64,000 nucleotides of DNA from Flavobacteriales bacterium (GCA_029251005.1 JAQXEE010000002.1:210-64209); one strand, 5' to 3'; shown: positions 30,035 through 39,708, numbered from the stretch's first letter. The notes: generated by a model from the letters alone, not told the origin. Numbers and translations are program-made.

Positions 30035-31141
30035 CTAGTTTCTTAATACCACCTCTTTGTTGTTCACTTCGAATACTGAGCTTTCTAGTTCTAATTGCGA
30101 TAGAATGTCTTCGATTCTTTTTGGGTGCGTATCTGATATAAAAATTTGCCCGAATTGATTTCCGTTTACCATTTCTAGTATATGAGACACTCTTTCCTCA
30201 TCTAGCTTATCAAACACATCATCTAATAAGAGAATTGGATTGATTCCTACTGTACTTTTTAGAAACTCTAATTGAGCTAATTTCAAAGCTATTAAATATG
30301 ATTTTTGTTGTCCTTGAGATCCAAACTTTTTAATTTGTCCTCCTGATAATTTGAAGACCAAATCATCTTTATGAATTCCTACTGTTGAAAATAATCGGCG
30401 AGAGTCCTCTTTATAAGCTTGCTTTAACTGACCTGCAAAATCTCCATTTTCTAACTGAGAATGGTAAACCAATTCCACCTCTTCTTTACCTCCTGATATT
30501 TGTTGATAATAACGTTGAAAAACTGGTGTTAATTGCTGTATTAGCTGTTTGCGCTTTTCATAAAGTACATTCCCATACTTTACAACTTGATCATCCCAAA
30601 CATCAAGCTGATCTTGATTAAAAGTTCGCTGACGACTGAAATACTTAAGTAATGCATTTCGTTGAGTAATTGCTTTATTGTAGATGAGTAATGTTTCTAA
30701 ATACGGATGATCAAACTGAGAGATAATACCGTCCAGAAATTTACGTCGTAAATCACTTCCAAGGGTTATTAAATTAGAATCAGACGGAGAAATAATAACT
30801 AATGGAAACATTCCAATATGGTCCGCTAGCTTTTCATATTCTTTCTTATTCCTTTTAAATACCTTTTTTTGTCCTTTTTTTAGCCCGCAGTAAACCCGTT
30901 CTTTTTTTTCTTCTCGTTCATATTCACCTTGTAAAACAAAGAAGCTTTCTTCCATGTTTACATTTTGAGTATCAATTGAATTTAAGAAGGATTTACAAAA
31001 AGATAAATAATAAATAGCGTCTAACAACGTAGTTTTACCTTGACCGTTGTTCCCTACAAAACAATTAATTTTTGGATTAAGAGAAACCTCAATTCCTTTG
31101 AAATTTTTAAAATTAACAACCGATAATTCTTTTAGAACCAC
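30035..31141 (-). CDS. recF: DNA replication/repair protein RecF
   Basis: NFKNF, GNNGQGKT, GIHKDDL, GSQGQQKS, LLLDDVFDKLD; GTG start overlapping the ribH stop. Confidence 0.97.
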   Translation of the reverse strand: MVLKELSVVNFKNFKGIEVSLNPKINCFVGNNGQGKTTLLDAIYYLSFCKSFLNSIDTQNVNMEESFFVLQGEYEREEKKERVYCGLKKGQKKVFKRNKKEYEKLADHIGMFPLVIISPSDSNLITLGSDLRRKFLDGIISQFDHPYLETLLIYNKAITQRNALLKYFSRQRTFNQDQLDVWDDQVVKYGNVLYEKRKQLIQQLTPVFQRYYQQISGGKEEVELVYHSQLENGDFAGQLKQAYKEDSRRLFSTVGIHKDDLVFKLSGGQIKKFGSQGQQKSYLIALKLAQLEFLKSTVGINPILLLDDVFDKLDEERVSHILEMVNGNQFGQIFISDTHPKRIEDILSQLELESSVFEVNNKEVVLRN

Positions 31142-31632
31142 TATCCTAATTTTTCAGTTAATCCTAACATTTTTAACGCGCCTACAGCTGCTTCAACTCC
31201 TTTATTTCCAAGCTTACCGCCACTTCGGGCCTTACTTTGCTTTAATGTATCATCTGTTAATACACAAAACATAACCGGCTTATTATACTTTAAATTCACT
31301 TCTTGGATACCTTGAGTAGCGCCTTGACAAACGTAATCAAAATGAGCTGTTTCTCCACGTACAACACAACCAATAGCTACCACAGCGTCAACCTCAGTTT
31401 GTTCAAGTAAATACTGAGCTCCTAACGGCAATTCAAATGTACCGGGTACGTATTCAATTGTAATATCTCTTTCGTATACCCCACAAGCTAATAAAGCTTC
31501 TACAGCACCTTTTTTTAATCCATTTGTAATATCATCGTTCCATTCACTTACAACGATCCCGATTTTCTTCCCTCTTCCTGATGGAACATCTTTTAGATTA
31601 AATGCAGATAAATTTTTATTCTTAGTAGCCAT
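31141..31632 (-). CDS. ribH: 6,7-dimethyl-8-ribityllumazine synthase
   Basis: IGIVVSEWN, VPGTFELP, GCVVRGETAHFDYVC, GGKLGNKGVEAA. Confidence 0.98.
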   Translation of the reverse strand: MATKNKNLSAFNLKDVPSGRGKKIGIVVSEWNDDITNGLKKGAVEALLACGVYERDITIEYVPGTFELPLGAQYLLEQTEVDAVVAIGCVVRGETAHFDYVCQGATQGIQEVNLKYNKPVMFCVLTDDTLKQSKARSGGKLGNKGVEAAVGALKMLGLTEKLG

Positions 31633-31687
31633 TATTCAAAAGTTTAAATGTCCTTATCGAATTAACTTCGATGAATCGTATTCAAAT

Positions 31688-31717
31688 AAAAAAAGTGCAA
31701 CAGGAAGTTGCACTTTT
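31688..31717 (-). terminator. Intrinsic terminator between the TPR gene and ribH
   Basis: aaaagtgcaac-aggaa-gttgcactttt 11-bp stem with a U tract on the minus strand. Confidence 0.75.
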
Positions 31718-31738
31718 TCATATGCTTTCGTTGTGTTA

Positions 31739-32428
31739 TTATTTAGAAGCTTTCGCTCTAGCTAATAACATTTCCATTTCTGTTTTTACCGATTGTACCG
31801 AAGGTGCAGAGGTACTTAAATAAGTATTTAAAGCCAACTCATAAACCTCAACAGCATCAGCTGATTTTCCGTTTTGCTCCAAAATAATTCCTGCCTTTTT
31901 TAGGTAATAAGGGGAAACTCCTTTCGAGTCTAACAAGCTTGCAGCCTTTTTATAACTAGCAACTGCTTTATCAACATCTCCTAATTCACTATGACAATCT
32001 CCGATTAAACCTACTTTTAAACCTGGAGACAACTTTCCTTCAGCATCAAATGCTTCTAAAGCAGTTAATGCTTCAACAAAATTTCCAGATTGTAGTTGAG
32101 AAATCCCCAAGTACAAACCAGCTAAATTACCAGCTTTAGTTCCACCATGATTTTCAAGAATGTATTCAAATTCAGTTGAAGCAGAATCAAATAATTGTTG
32201 TTCAAACATTTTTTGAGCAGGCCATATTTCTTCAAGAGCAGCCTGTTCTGCAGGTTCTGCAAACATGTTGTTATATCCGAAATATCCAGCAATTATGATT
32301 GCTATTCCGATCAACACTTTTGAAATTACATCTTTGTTTTCTTCCAATAAAACTTCCGTTTTACTTAGAGAATCCTCTAAAGTCTCAGGTGTTTGTTGAT
32401 CGTTTAAGTTGTTGTCTTGTTCTGCCAT
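31739..32428 (-). CDS. Membrane-anchored TPR protein (YfgM-like)
   Basis: One N-terminal TM followed by TPR helices (AGNLAGLYLG, GDCHSELGD..KA...Y.KA, SPYYLKKAG); the usual neighbour of ribH-recF. Confidence 0.85.
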   Translation of the reverse strand: MAEQDNNLNDQQTPETLEDSLSKTEVLLEENKDVISKVLIGIAIIIAGYFGYNNMFAEPAEQAALEEIWPAQKMFEQQLFDSASTEFEYILENHGGTKAGNLAGLYLGISQLQSGNFVEALTALEAFDAEGKLSPGLKVGLIGDCHSELGDVDKAVASYKKAASLLDSKGVSPYYLKKAGIILEQNGKSADAVEVYELALNTYLSTSAPSVQSVKTEMEMLLARAKASK

Positions 32429-32465
32429 GATTCAAATTGAATGTCTAAAATACGTTTTTTCTTTA

Positions 32466-33689
32466 TTAGAATAAAAGACGGAATTTAATTTTACCTTTTA
32501 CTCCTCTTAATTCTTCCAATATATGATCATCATATTTTTGATCAACATCAGTTATAAGGTAACCTACAGTTTCATCAGTTTTCAAAGACTGACCTGTTAT
32601 ATTCATGTTGTACTTCGCTAAAATATTAGTAACCTCAGCCATTACACCACTTATATTATCATGGATTAATAAAAATCTATGCGCGTTTTTTTGTGGACCA
32701 ACTTTAATTGGAGGAAGGTTTACACTATCAAAACAAGACCCCGTGTTGATGTATGATATAATATTTGAAGGCACAAAGTTTCCGATATGCTTTTGAGCTT
32801 CCATTGTACTCCCTCCAATGTGCGGTGTTAATATCGTATTTGGCTGTCCTGATAAGTCAGACTGAAAAGGCTCATCGTTTGATTTTGGCTCTGTTGGGTA
32901 AACATCAACAGCAACACCAGCTACTTTACCAGAATTTTGAGCTTCAACTAAAGCAGCAATATCTACAACAAAACCTCTTGCAAGATTAATAAAGATAACA
33001 CCGTCTTTCATTTGTGCAAATTCAGCAGCTCCAATCAAGTCTTTGTTATCAGGGTTATCATCAACGTGTAATGAAATAACGTCAGCTTCATTAAAGACAG
33101 CTTCCATAGATGGACGCTTTTCAGCATTTCCTAAAGCTAATTTTTCCAATTGGTCATAAAAGATAACTCTCATACCCATTGCTTCAGCTAATACAGACAA
33201 CTGTTTTCCGATATTACCGTAACCAATAATTCCTAAAACTTTACCTCTAACTTCTTTCGAGCCTGCAGCAGTTTTTTTCCAAATACCTTGGTGCAATTCA
33301 GTACTTCTAACAAAAGTACTTCTCATTAGCAAAATGATCTCTCCAATTGCCAATTCAACAACCGAACGTGTATTTGAGTAAGGCGCGTTAAAGACAGCAA
33401 TTCCTTTAATTTTACAAGCTTCTAGATCAATTTGTTTTGTACCAATACAAAAGGCACCAACTGCTAATAACTTATCAGCTGCAGCGACTACTTTTTTAGT
33501 GATTTTTGTTTTTGATCTAATTCCAATTACGTGAACACCTTTAACCTTCTCACATAATTCATCTTCGTTTAAACTATCAGGAGAATATACTACATTATAC
33601 CCTTCATTATTAAATGCTGCTACAGCATCATCATGCACCCCCTCTAAAAGAAGAACATTGATTTTATTTTTTGGAAATGAAACTTTCAT
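32466..33689 (-). CDS. serA: D-3-phosphoglycerate dehydrogenase with ACT domain
   Basis: VGAFCIGT, FNAPYSNTRSVVEL, GIIGYGNIG, LTPHIGGSTMEAQ. Confidence 0.97.
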   Translation of the reverse strand: MKVSFPKNKINVLLLEGVHDDAVAAFNNEGYNVVYSPDSLNEDELCEKVKGVHVIGIRSKTKITKKVVAAADKLLAVGAFCIGTKQIDLEACKIKGIAVFNAPYSNTRSVVELAIGEIILLMRSTFVRSTELHQGIWKKTAAGSKEVRGKVLGIIGYGNIGKQLSVLAEAMGMRVIFYDQLEKLALGNAEKRPSMEAVFNEADVISLHVDDNPDNKDLIGAAEFAQMKDGVIFINLARGFVVDIAALVEAQNSGKVAGVAVDVYPTEPKSNDEPFQSDLSGQPNTILTPHIGGSTMEAQKHIGNFVPSNIISYINTGSCFDSVNLPPIKVGPQKNAHRFLLIHDNISGVMAEVTNILAKYNMNITGQSLKTDETVGYLITDVDQKYDDHILEELRGVKGKIKFRLLF

Positions 33690-33753
33690 GCGCTTATTTT
33701 CTTTTTCCGGTCACCTAATGATCCCGCAAACAATGCGTTTAATTAAGAGTCGT

Positions 33754-34419
33754 TTATAATTTATTTATTGTCAAAAACTCATCAAGACTTGCCACAACAT
33801 GATCAGCATTATCTGTTGCTTTTTTTCTTGACACATTCTCCGTGTATGCAAAAAACTTTTGCGCAACACCTTCTCTTCTCATTACGAAGTCACTATAACC
33901 GTCACCAATAATTTGAATTTCACCATCAAGGTTTGCACCTTTTAAACAATTTACTTTCCCATTATGTTGGGATAATGGATTGACTTCATCGAAACCAACA
34001 ATTGTCCCATTCTCATCAAACTTAAAAGTATTTGCATAAACTCTGTCCGAGGTAATGTTTAAATCAGCAACAATAGGATCGATGAATTCCTTAAAACCAC
34101 AACTAATCACATAAATTTGATCTTTGTAGTCTTTGAAAAAAGATTTGTTTGCAGCAACAGAAGCAGACAATTTACCTTTTAACAACTTAATTAATTCTCC
34201 TAAATGAGATTTATTAGCTTGTAACAAGGCGATTCTTCTACTTAAAGAATCGGTAAATGAAATATCACCATCAATTCCTAAATCAGTAATTTCTTGAATT
34301 TTCTTAACAATTTCAGCTCTTTTAGGATTTCCCTCTAAAGAAATCTCGGCTAAAACGTCCAAACCTTCAACTGAAGTTAGGGTGCTATCGAAATCAAAAA
34401 CAAACTTTCTGTTTGACAT
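33754..34419 (-). CDS. HAD-IB phosphatase, probable phosphoserine phosphatase (SerB-like)
   Basis: FDFDSTLT..E.LD, ISCGFKEFI, IIGDGYSD; start moved to ATG 34419; adjacent to serA. Confidence 0.85.
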   Translation of the reverse strand: MSNRKFVFDFDSTLTSVEGLDVLAEISLEGNPKRAEIVKKIQEITDLGIDGDISFTDSLSRRIALLQANKSHLGELIKLLKGKLSASVAANKSFFKDYKDQIYVISCGFKEFIDPIVADLNITSDRVYANTFKFDENGTIVGFDEVNPLSQHNGKVNCLKGANLDGEIQIIGDGYSDFVMRREGVAQKFFAYTENVSRKKATDNADHVVASLDEFLTINKL

Positions 34420-34535
34420 ATTGCTACACTCGTAAGAATTAGAGTGCAAAATTAATACTTTAAACTAAAAAAACACTATAGATTCCTATAATTTGTCAAC
34501 CAAAAAACACCTAATGTGAATAACCTTGTTTTTGG

Positions 34536-35318
34536 CTAGTTATCTTCTCGTACTAAAGGTATTTCATATCGAATTCCAAACTGATAAACGTTGAAATATT
34601 TATCTTCAATTTCGCTTAAGATTGGGCCAGTTATTTTCGCCGAAAAATCGAATTCAAACTTTTCCCACCTGTAACCTATAGCAAACAAACCTCCAGACAA
34701 AAAGATGGAACGGTTATCGTTAAAATGTTCGTGAAAATACAAATCCTCATCTCGCTCGGTTACGTCGCTCCCAAATCTACCAGAAAACACTTTTGATTCC
34801 TTTATTTTAACTCGATCACCAATATTGTAATTAACAAAAGCTCCTAGCGTTAAACTAACTCCAAAGTCATTGTAATATTTAACCCCTGGAGCAAAATGAA
34901 AATAATCAAGACTTGCGTTTAATTTATAGCTGTGCTTTAAACTATATGATTCTGTTTCACCTACTGCATTTAAAGTTTCCCTGTAACCTGTTTGCCAATA
35001 GCTTGTTTGAAATTGTAGGGCAAATCGTTTTGAAAGGTACATATCATAAAAAACGCCAAAAGACAAAGCATTTCTTCCAAAAAGTCCTCCATCAGCAGCA
35101 ATTCCATTATTGTTTAAATCTTCAACATAATCACTTAAATATTCAGTCCTTTCATTTCCTCCAATTCCATTTAGTTGTGTGTAAACGTAATCTATGTGCG
35201 CACCAAAATAGGACTGTGCTTTGTGCCTTCTTTCCGCCTCTGCTGCGGGTGCATCTTGCCCCCATATATTCAATGCAGAACTTAAAAAAAACATCAATAT
35301 AGTAATCTGGTTACTCAA
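34536..35318 (-). CDS. Outer-membrane beta-barrel protein
   Basis: Signal peptide, amphipathic strands (FGVFYDMYL, LDYFHFAPGVKYY), terminal QFGIRYEIP. Confidence 0.7.
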   Translation of the reverse strand: MSNQITILMFFLSSALNIWGQDAPAAEAERRHKAQSYFGAHIDYVYTQLNGIGGNERTEYLSDYVEDLNNNGIAADGGLFGRNALSFGVFYDMYLSKRFALQFQTSYWQTGYRETLNAVGETESYSLKHSYKLNASLDYFHFAPGVKYYNDFGVSLTLGAFVNYNIGDRVKIKESKVFSGRFGSDVTERDEDLYFHEHFNDNRSIFLSGGLFAIGYRWEKFEFDFSAKITGPILSEIEDKYFNVYQFGIRYEIPLVREDN

Positions 35319-35321
35319 AAA

Positions 35322-36860
35322 TTATTTTCTTAAAAAGTAATAATACATAGATAATTGTAACGTTGTATTCCAAAAACCTGGCCGTCCATTTCCTTTTTGA
35401 AAAATTGACTCATAAAATCCCAACTGAGCTGAAACAGACAAAGCATTATCAACATGCGCACCTGCACCTATTTCCCAACCTAATGAAAACCTATCTGGAG
35501 AATGCCCAAAATAATCGTCTACTTTAACTTTTTTCTTATAGTTGATGTTTTCTTCTGGGAAGTTTACTAATCCATCATAAACTTGATAATAATCAAATAA
35601 CCTATTGGACATGTTTATCGAAATTATTGGTCCGGTGTGAAAGAAATACCTTGGTTGAGGATAAAAAATTATTTTTAGTGGAACATCAAAATTACCGATA
35701 TAAACTCTTTGACGAGTTTTAATTGTACGTCCATCTTTTAAAAAATAAGTGTGTTTTGATTTAAAACCCCTCTCGGTATAAATTGGACTAACTCCTAATG
35801 AAAAATAATCATGAAATAAATATTCAAAATGTAATCCTAAATGCGGAGTTAGCGTGGAATGAGTCTCACCCGTTGCAGTTTCTAATTCAAACTCGGTTGC
35901 TGGTAAAACCCCTTGAAAACCAATTAACGGGTCATTTGCACTTGCTCCCATTAAAAAGTTAAACTGAGCTCCATATCGCATTCCAAACATAAACTTTGGT
36001 CTTTCTTTCGAATCTGGAGAATCACTAAACGAGGCGCAATCAGTAGGCTTACCATTGTCCTCCTCTTTAGTTAAATATGGAAAACGATATCCTATTTTTA
36101 ATTCTGCACCAACCGAGTGATAATAGGATTTAATAGGAGCGTATTCGTAATAACTTAACAAAGTTGCTCGAGCATGCGCACGAATATTAAAAAAGAATGG
36201 TGATCGTGTATTCATATGAAACCCAATTCCACCGAGAGCTGCAAGCCCCATATTCCCTGTAATATCATTAAGTTCTATTCCATTATAAAAATTACGATCA
36301 TTCACAGGGAAACCAATACCAACTCCATAACTCAGAAAAAAGTAACGATACATATTGGTTAATGAACTTCCAGTTTTTCGCTTTCCTAAGTCAATTCTAT
36401 TGGAACTTCCTAAGCGGTGACGCATAATTAATGGAACCTCTAATATTCTAGATTTGTTGACTACTTTATCTCCTAAGTTTTGAATCCCGAAATTGGTAAT
36501 CAAATTATAATTGGGAATCTCACCCATTTCAAACTTTGTTCCTCCCTCCACATATCTCAACCCTGATTCGAGCGTTAACACGGTATTTAATTTATAGGCT
36601 AACAAAACCCCAAAAGATTTTCCCGGAAAATAAGGTTTATCTATTTCATTTCTAATATCAACGTATTCTTGATCAGTTATCCCTAACAAAAAAGTAGAAT
36701 CGATATTAAATCGTTCTGCATCTACTATTGTGCGAATAAAAAACTCAGCAGACCCTGTTAAACCTACACTCACTCTACCCATAGGACCTTGAGCTAAAAC
36801 AGCTTGAAATGCCAAAAGGACAAGTGAAATTGATAATGTTTTAACTTTTATTAAATACAA
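35322..36860 (-). CDS. Protein with two tandem outer-membrane beta-barrel-like domains
   Basis: Each half has the LEVPL/FDVPL pattern and an aromatic terminal strand (LKIGYRF; LSMYYYF), joined by a polar linker. Confidence 0.65.
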   Translation of the reverse strand: MYLIKVKTLSISLVLLAFQAVLAQGPMGRVSVGLTGSAEFFIRTIVDAERFNIDSTFLLGITDQEYVDIRNEIDKPYFPGKSFGVLLAYKLNTVLTLESGLRYVEGGTKFEMGEIPNYNLITNFGIQNLGDKVVNKSRILEVPLIMRHRLGSSNRIDLGKRKTGSSLTNMYRYFFLSYGVGIGFPVNDRNFYNGIELNDITGNMGLAALGGIGFHMNTRSPFFFNIRAHARATLLSYYEYAPIKSYYHSVGAELKIGYRFPYLTKEEDNGKPTDCASFSDSPDSKERPKFMFGMRYGAQFNFLMGASANDPLIGFQGVLPATEFELETATGETHSTLTPHLGLHFEYLFHDYFSLGVSPIYTERGFKSKHTYFLKDGRTIKTRQRVYIGNFDVPLKIIFYPQPRYFFHTGPIISINMSNRLFDYYQVYDGLVNFPEENINYKKKVKVDDYFGHSPDRFSLGWEIGAGAHVDNALSVSAQLGFYESIFQKGNGRPGFWNTTLQLSMYYYFLRK

Positions 36861-36968
36861 GAAGCTGATCTTTTGATGCTAAATTGTTTACTTTGTAAAT
36901 CACAAAACTAATGATTTATTATTTTGTGGGTATCTTCGTAAATGCGCAAACTATCAAATGCTATCTAG

Positions 36969-38447
36969 ATGTTTAAACACACAAAAATCACGTTAATTTT
37001 AATTTTTTTCTCTTTTGGGATTTTTGCTCAGCGTAACGGACCAATAAACTGGGTTTCTTTACAAAAAGCTGATTCTTTGTATCAAATTCAACCTAAACCT
37101 TTTTTTATAGATGTTTATACTGATTGGTGTGGTTGGTGTAAAAGAATGGATGCAACTACGTTTAGCAATCAAGAGATTGCTAATTACCTGAATCAAAATT
37201 TTTATGCTGTTAAGTTAGATGCTGAAACAAAAAATTCAATTCTTTTTAAAGGAAGCGTTTTCAAAAACACTCAACAAGAAAAAGTAAAGGTTTTATTGGA
37301 TAGTTTAAACCTGGAATTAAAAATCATTTCCTCTAAATTATCATACAACGATTCAATTAAAAAAGCTCAAACTGCACTTTTTAAAAGACCGCTAAATATC
37401 AACCAATTACTTTTTAACTTAACGAATAAGCTCAGTGAGTCTGCGCATAACAAAGAACAATTTGACATCTTAAAAAAAGATATATTTTTAAAGCACAAGA
37501 AACAAAAAGCTATCGTGAGTGGTGCCGACTCAATGGTTCTTTCCAAGGAGGAACTTAAGGGATTTAAAAAGAGTTTAAAAACCATAAAAAAATCAGACAC
37601 TTCATCTGTGAAAAATTTACTAACTGTTTTTGACATTCAGGTAAAAGAATCTAAGGATGGTATTGAAACATTATTAAACCCTAAAAAAGACAAAGAGTTG
37701 AAGAACGCCTTTCAACAAAAAGAAGCTCAACTAAAAAGTTTTGCACGTAGGGCTAGAAAAACAACCCACGATGTAGCTATTGAGTTATGTCAAGGACAAA
37801 TGTCCTATCCTACTTTTATACTTTTATTTGGTGACTCTTTAAGTGCAAATATGCCTCTAAAAGGGTTTAAAAAAGTGGATGAATTATACGCTTACCTGGC
37901 ATTTGTTAATGAAGGGATTTATAAATCAACAAGAGACGTAGCGAACTTTGTTTCGACATTTAAAAAAGTATACAACCCAAGCTTTAAGCCATCTAACGAT
38001 AATATTAAATGGTTACGTTTTGATGAAGCAGTTAAGCGATCTAAAAAAAATAAAAAACAAATTTTTATTCATATTGCACATCCAAATAGCATCGCATCCA
38101 ATTTAATAGATAAAAACAACCTAATAAACCCAACAACTGTTAAGAAAATAAACAGCAATTTTAATCCCGTGAAATTTCTGATTAATGACACAGTCTCCTA
38201 CAATCATTTAGGAGCTCTTTACAAAAATGTAAATGGAATAAACCAGCTTGCGTTTTACCTTACAAAAAACCAATTAAGCTTCCCTAATTTTTCATTTTTA
38301 GATTCCCAGGGTAACGTTATAACTAACGTTCCTCAGTATTTTGCAGAAACCCAAATAAACCCTGTATTGGATTACTTTACAGAGGAAGCTTATAAAAAAA
38401 GTACTTACGGAGATTGGCTTAAAAACAGACCGCAATCTAAAAAGTAA
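36969..38447 (+). CDS. Periplasmic thioredoxin-fold protein (DUF255-like) with an insertion and a second degenerate domain
   Basis: INW.SL..A, FIDVYTDWCGWCKRMDATTF, NFYAVKLDAE; later QMSYPTF; repeat of the fold from about aa 345 without CxxC. Confidence 0.85.
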   Translation: MFKHTKITLILIFFSFGIFAQRNGPINWVSLQKADSLYQIQPKPFFIDVYTDWCGWCKRMDATTFSNQEIANYLNQNFYAVKLDAETKNSILFKGSVFKNTQQEKVKVLLDSLNLELKIISSKLSYNDSIKKAQTALFKRPLNINQLLFNLTNKLSESAHNKEQFDILKKDIFLKHKKQKAIVSGADSMVLSKEELKGFKKSLKTIKKSDTSSVKNLLTVFDIQVKESKDGIETLLNPKKDKELKNAFQQKEAQLKSFARRARKTTHDVAIELCQGQMSYPTFILLFGDSLSANMPLKGFKKVDELYAYLAFVNEGIYKSTRDVANFVSTFKKVYNPSFKPSNDNIKWLRFDEAVKRSKKNKKQIFIHIAHPNSIASNLIDKNNLINPTTVKKINSNFNPVKFLINDTVSYNHLGALYKNVNGINQLAFYLTKNQLSFPNFSFLDSQGNVITNVPQYFAETQINPVLDYFTEEAYKKSTYGDWLKNRPQSKK

Positions 38448-38510
38448 TTATCAAGGCGATTTACCTTGAATGTTTTAATTTTACAAATCAATTGACAAAT
38501 CAATAATAAG

Positions 38511-39671
38511 ATGAATACTGTAGAAGAATTTAAAAGCTATGTTGCTTCGGTTGAAGCAAAGCCAGGATACCAAAAACCATTAGCTTTTGGTTTAGGAGTT
38601 AAAAGAAGTAAAGGTGATAAAACTTTAGATGCTTATTTTCCATTAATTAATTGGGAAGTTTCCTTCGGAACAGCAGCAGTATTTGCCGATGTTGCAGATA
38701 TTAAGTTTGGAAAAAACGCTGAATACGTTTTAGACATTGAAAAACTAAACGACTCTTACAATAAATTTTCTGCATTTCACGGAGATATTTCAGGACACGA
38801 AAACATTATTGCAATCAAAAACTTCTTGGAGAATTATTCAAACAATCACTCCTATTACAAATCTGAGGTAGTTGTTTATTTCTTGTTTGATAAGGATCAA
38901 GATGTTGAATCGGCTACTGAGGGGTATTTTAAATTACAAGCTTTATCGCAAAGATGTGTTGAGCCACATGGCACAAACTTAAACGGAGCATTTGGAAAAT
39001 TAACAAATGTTGCATGGACAAATAAAGGACCTGTTTTACCAGAGGATTTATCTGCTGAAATTTCAAAGTATATTTTTACGGAACCTTTACAAGTAACTCA
39101 TATTGATAAATTCCCATACATGGTGAACTATCATGCTCCAACAGGAACGAGAATTGTTTCAGGATCACAAGTAAGACTTGGTGCTTATTTAGGTGAAGGA
39201 ACAACAGTAATGCCTGCTGGCTACGTAAACTTCAATGCTGGAACTTTAGGTAATGCTATGGTTGAAGGTAGAGTTTCAGGTGGCGTTGTTGTTGATAAGA
39301 ATACGGATATCGGTGGCGGTGCGTCTATCATGGGAACCCTTTCTGGTGGTAACAAAAACGTTATTTCTATTGGTCAAGAATGTTTATTGGGTGCTAACGC
39401 CGGAACAGGTATATCATTAGGGTTTGGCTGTACAATTGCTGCTGGAGTATATATAACTGCGGGTAGTAAAATTGCGCTTTATAATTCAGCTAACGAACCT
39501 GTTAATTTAAGCAATGATGTTGTTGCTGAAGGTGAGAATATTGTTAAAGGAATGGATTTAAACGGAAAGGATAAATTGTTGTTTATCCAAGATTCTCAAT
39601 CTGGAAAGATTGTTTGCAAACCAAACCCTAAAACGATTGAATTAAACACTGCTCTTCATGCAAACGACTAG
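38511..39671 (+). CDS. dapD: Tetrahydrodipicolinate N-succinyltransferase, long (Campylobacter/Pseudomonas-type) form
   Basis: IDKFPYMV, VRLGAYLGEGTTVMPAGYVNFNAGT, VEGRVS.GVVV...TDIGGGASIMGTLSGG, CLLGANAG. Confidence 0.92.
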   Translation: MNTVEEFKSYVASVEAKPGYQKPLAFGLGVKRSKGDKTLDAYFPLINWEVSFGTAAVFADVADIKFGKNAEYVLDIEKLNDSYNKFSAFHGDISGHENIIAIKNFLENYSNNHSYYKSEVVVYFLFDKDQDVESATEGYFKLQALSQRCVEPHGTNLNGAFGKLTNVAWTNKGPVLPEDLSAEISKYIFTEPLQVTHIDKFPYMVNYHAPTGTRIVSGSQVRLGAYLGEGTTVMPAGYVNFNAGTLGNAMVEGRVSGGVVVDKNTDIGGGASIMGTLSGGNKNVISIGQECLLGANAGTGISLGFGCTIAAGVYITAGSKIALYNSANEPVNLSNDVVAEGENIVKGMDLNGKDKLLFIQDSQSGKIVCKPNPKTIELNTALHAND

Positions 39672-39708
39672 TCTAGAAAGATTTTCTGATTAAGTTAATC
39701 ATACTTCT

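Noticed and set aside
31633-31738. FMN riboswitch upstream of ribH
   Set aside because: The region is only ~105 nt, mostly a terminator plus a small ATCGAA/TTCGAT hairpin, with no FMN aptamer consensus.
33690-33753. Programmed frameshift joining serB-like and serA
   Set aside because: There is a clean TAA stop and a separate ATG, and no convincing slippery site or stimulatory structure at the junction.
37269-37742. Thioredoxin insertion as an intein
   Set aside because: There is no N-terminal Cys/Ser block, no terminal His-Asn followed by Cys/Ser/Thr (the only HN is followed by Lys), and no LAGLIDADG motif.
38448-38510. Lysine riboswitch upstream of dapD
   Set aside because: The 63-nt gap is far too short and has no aptamer motifs.
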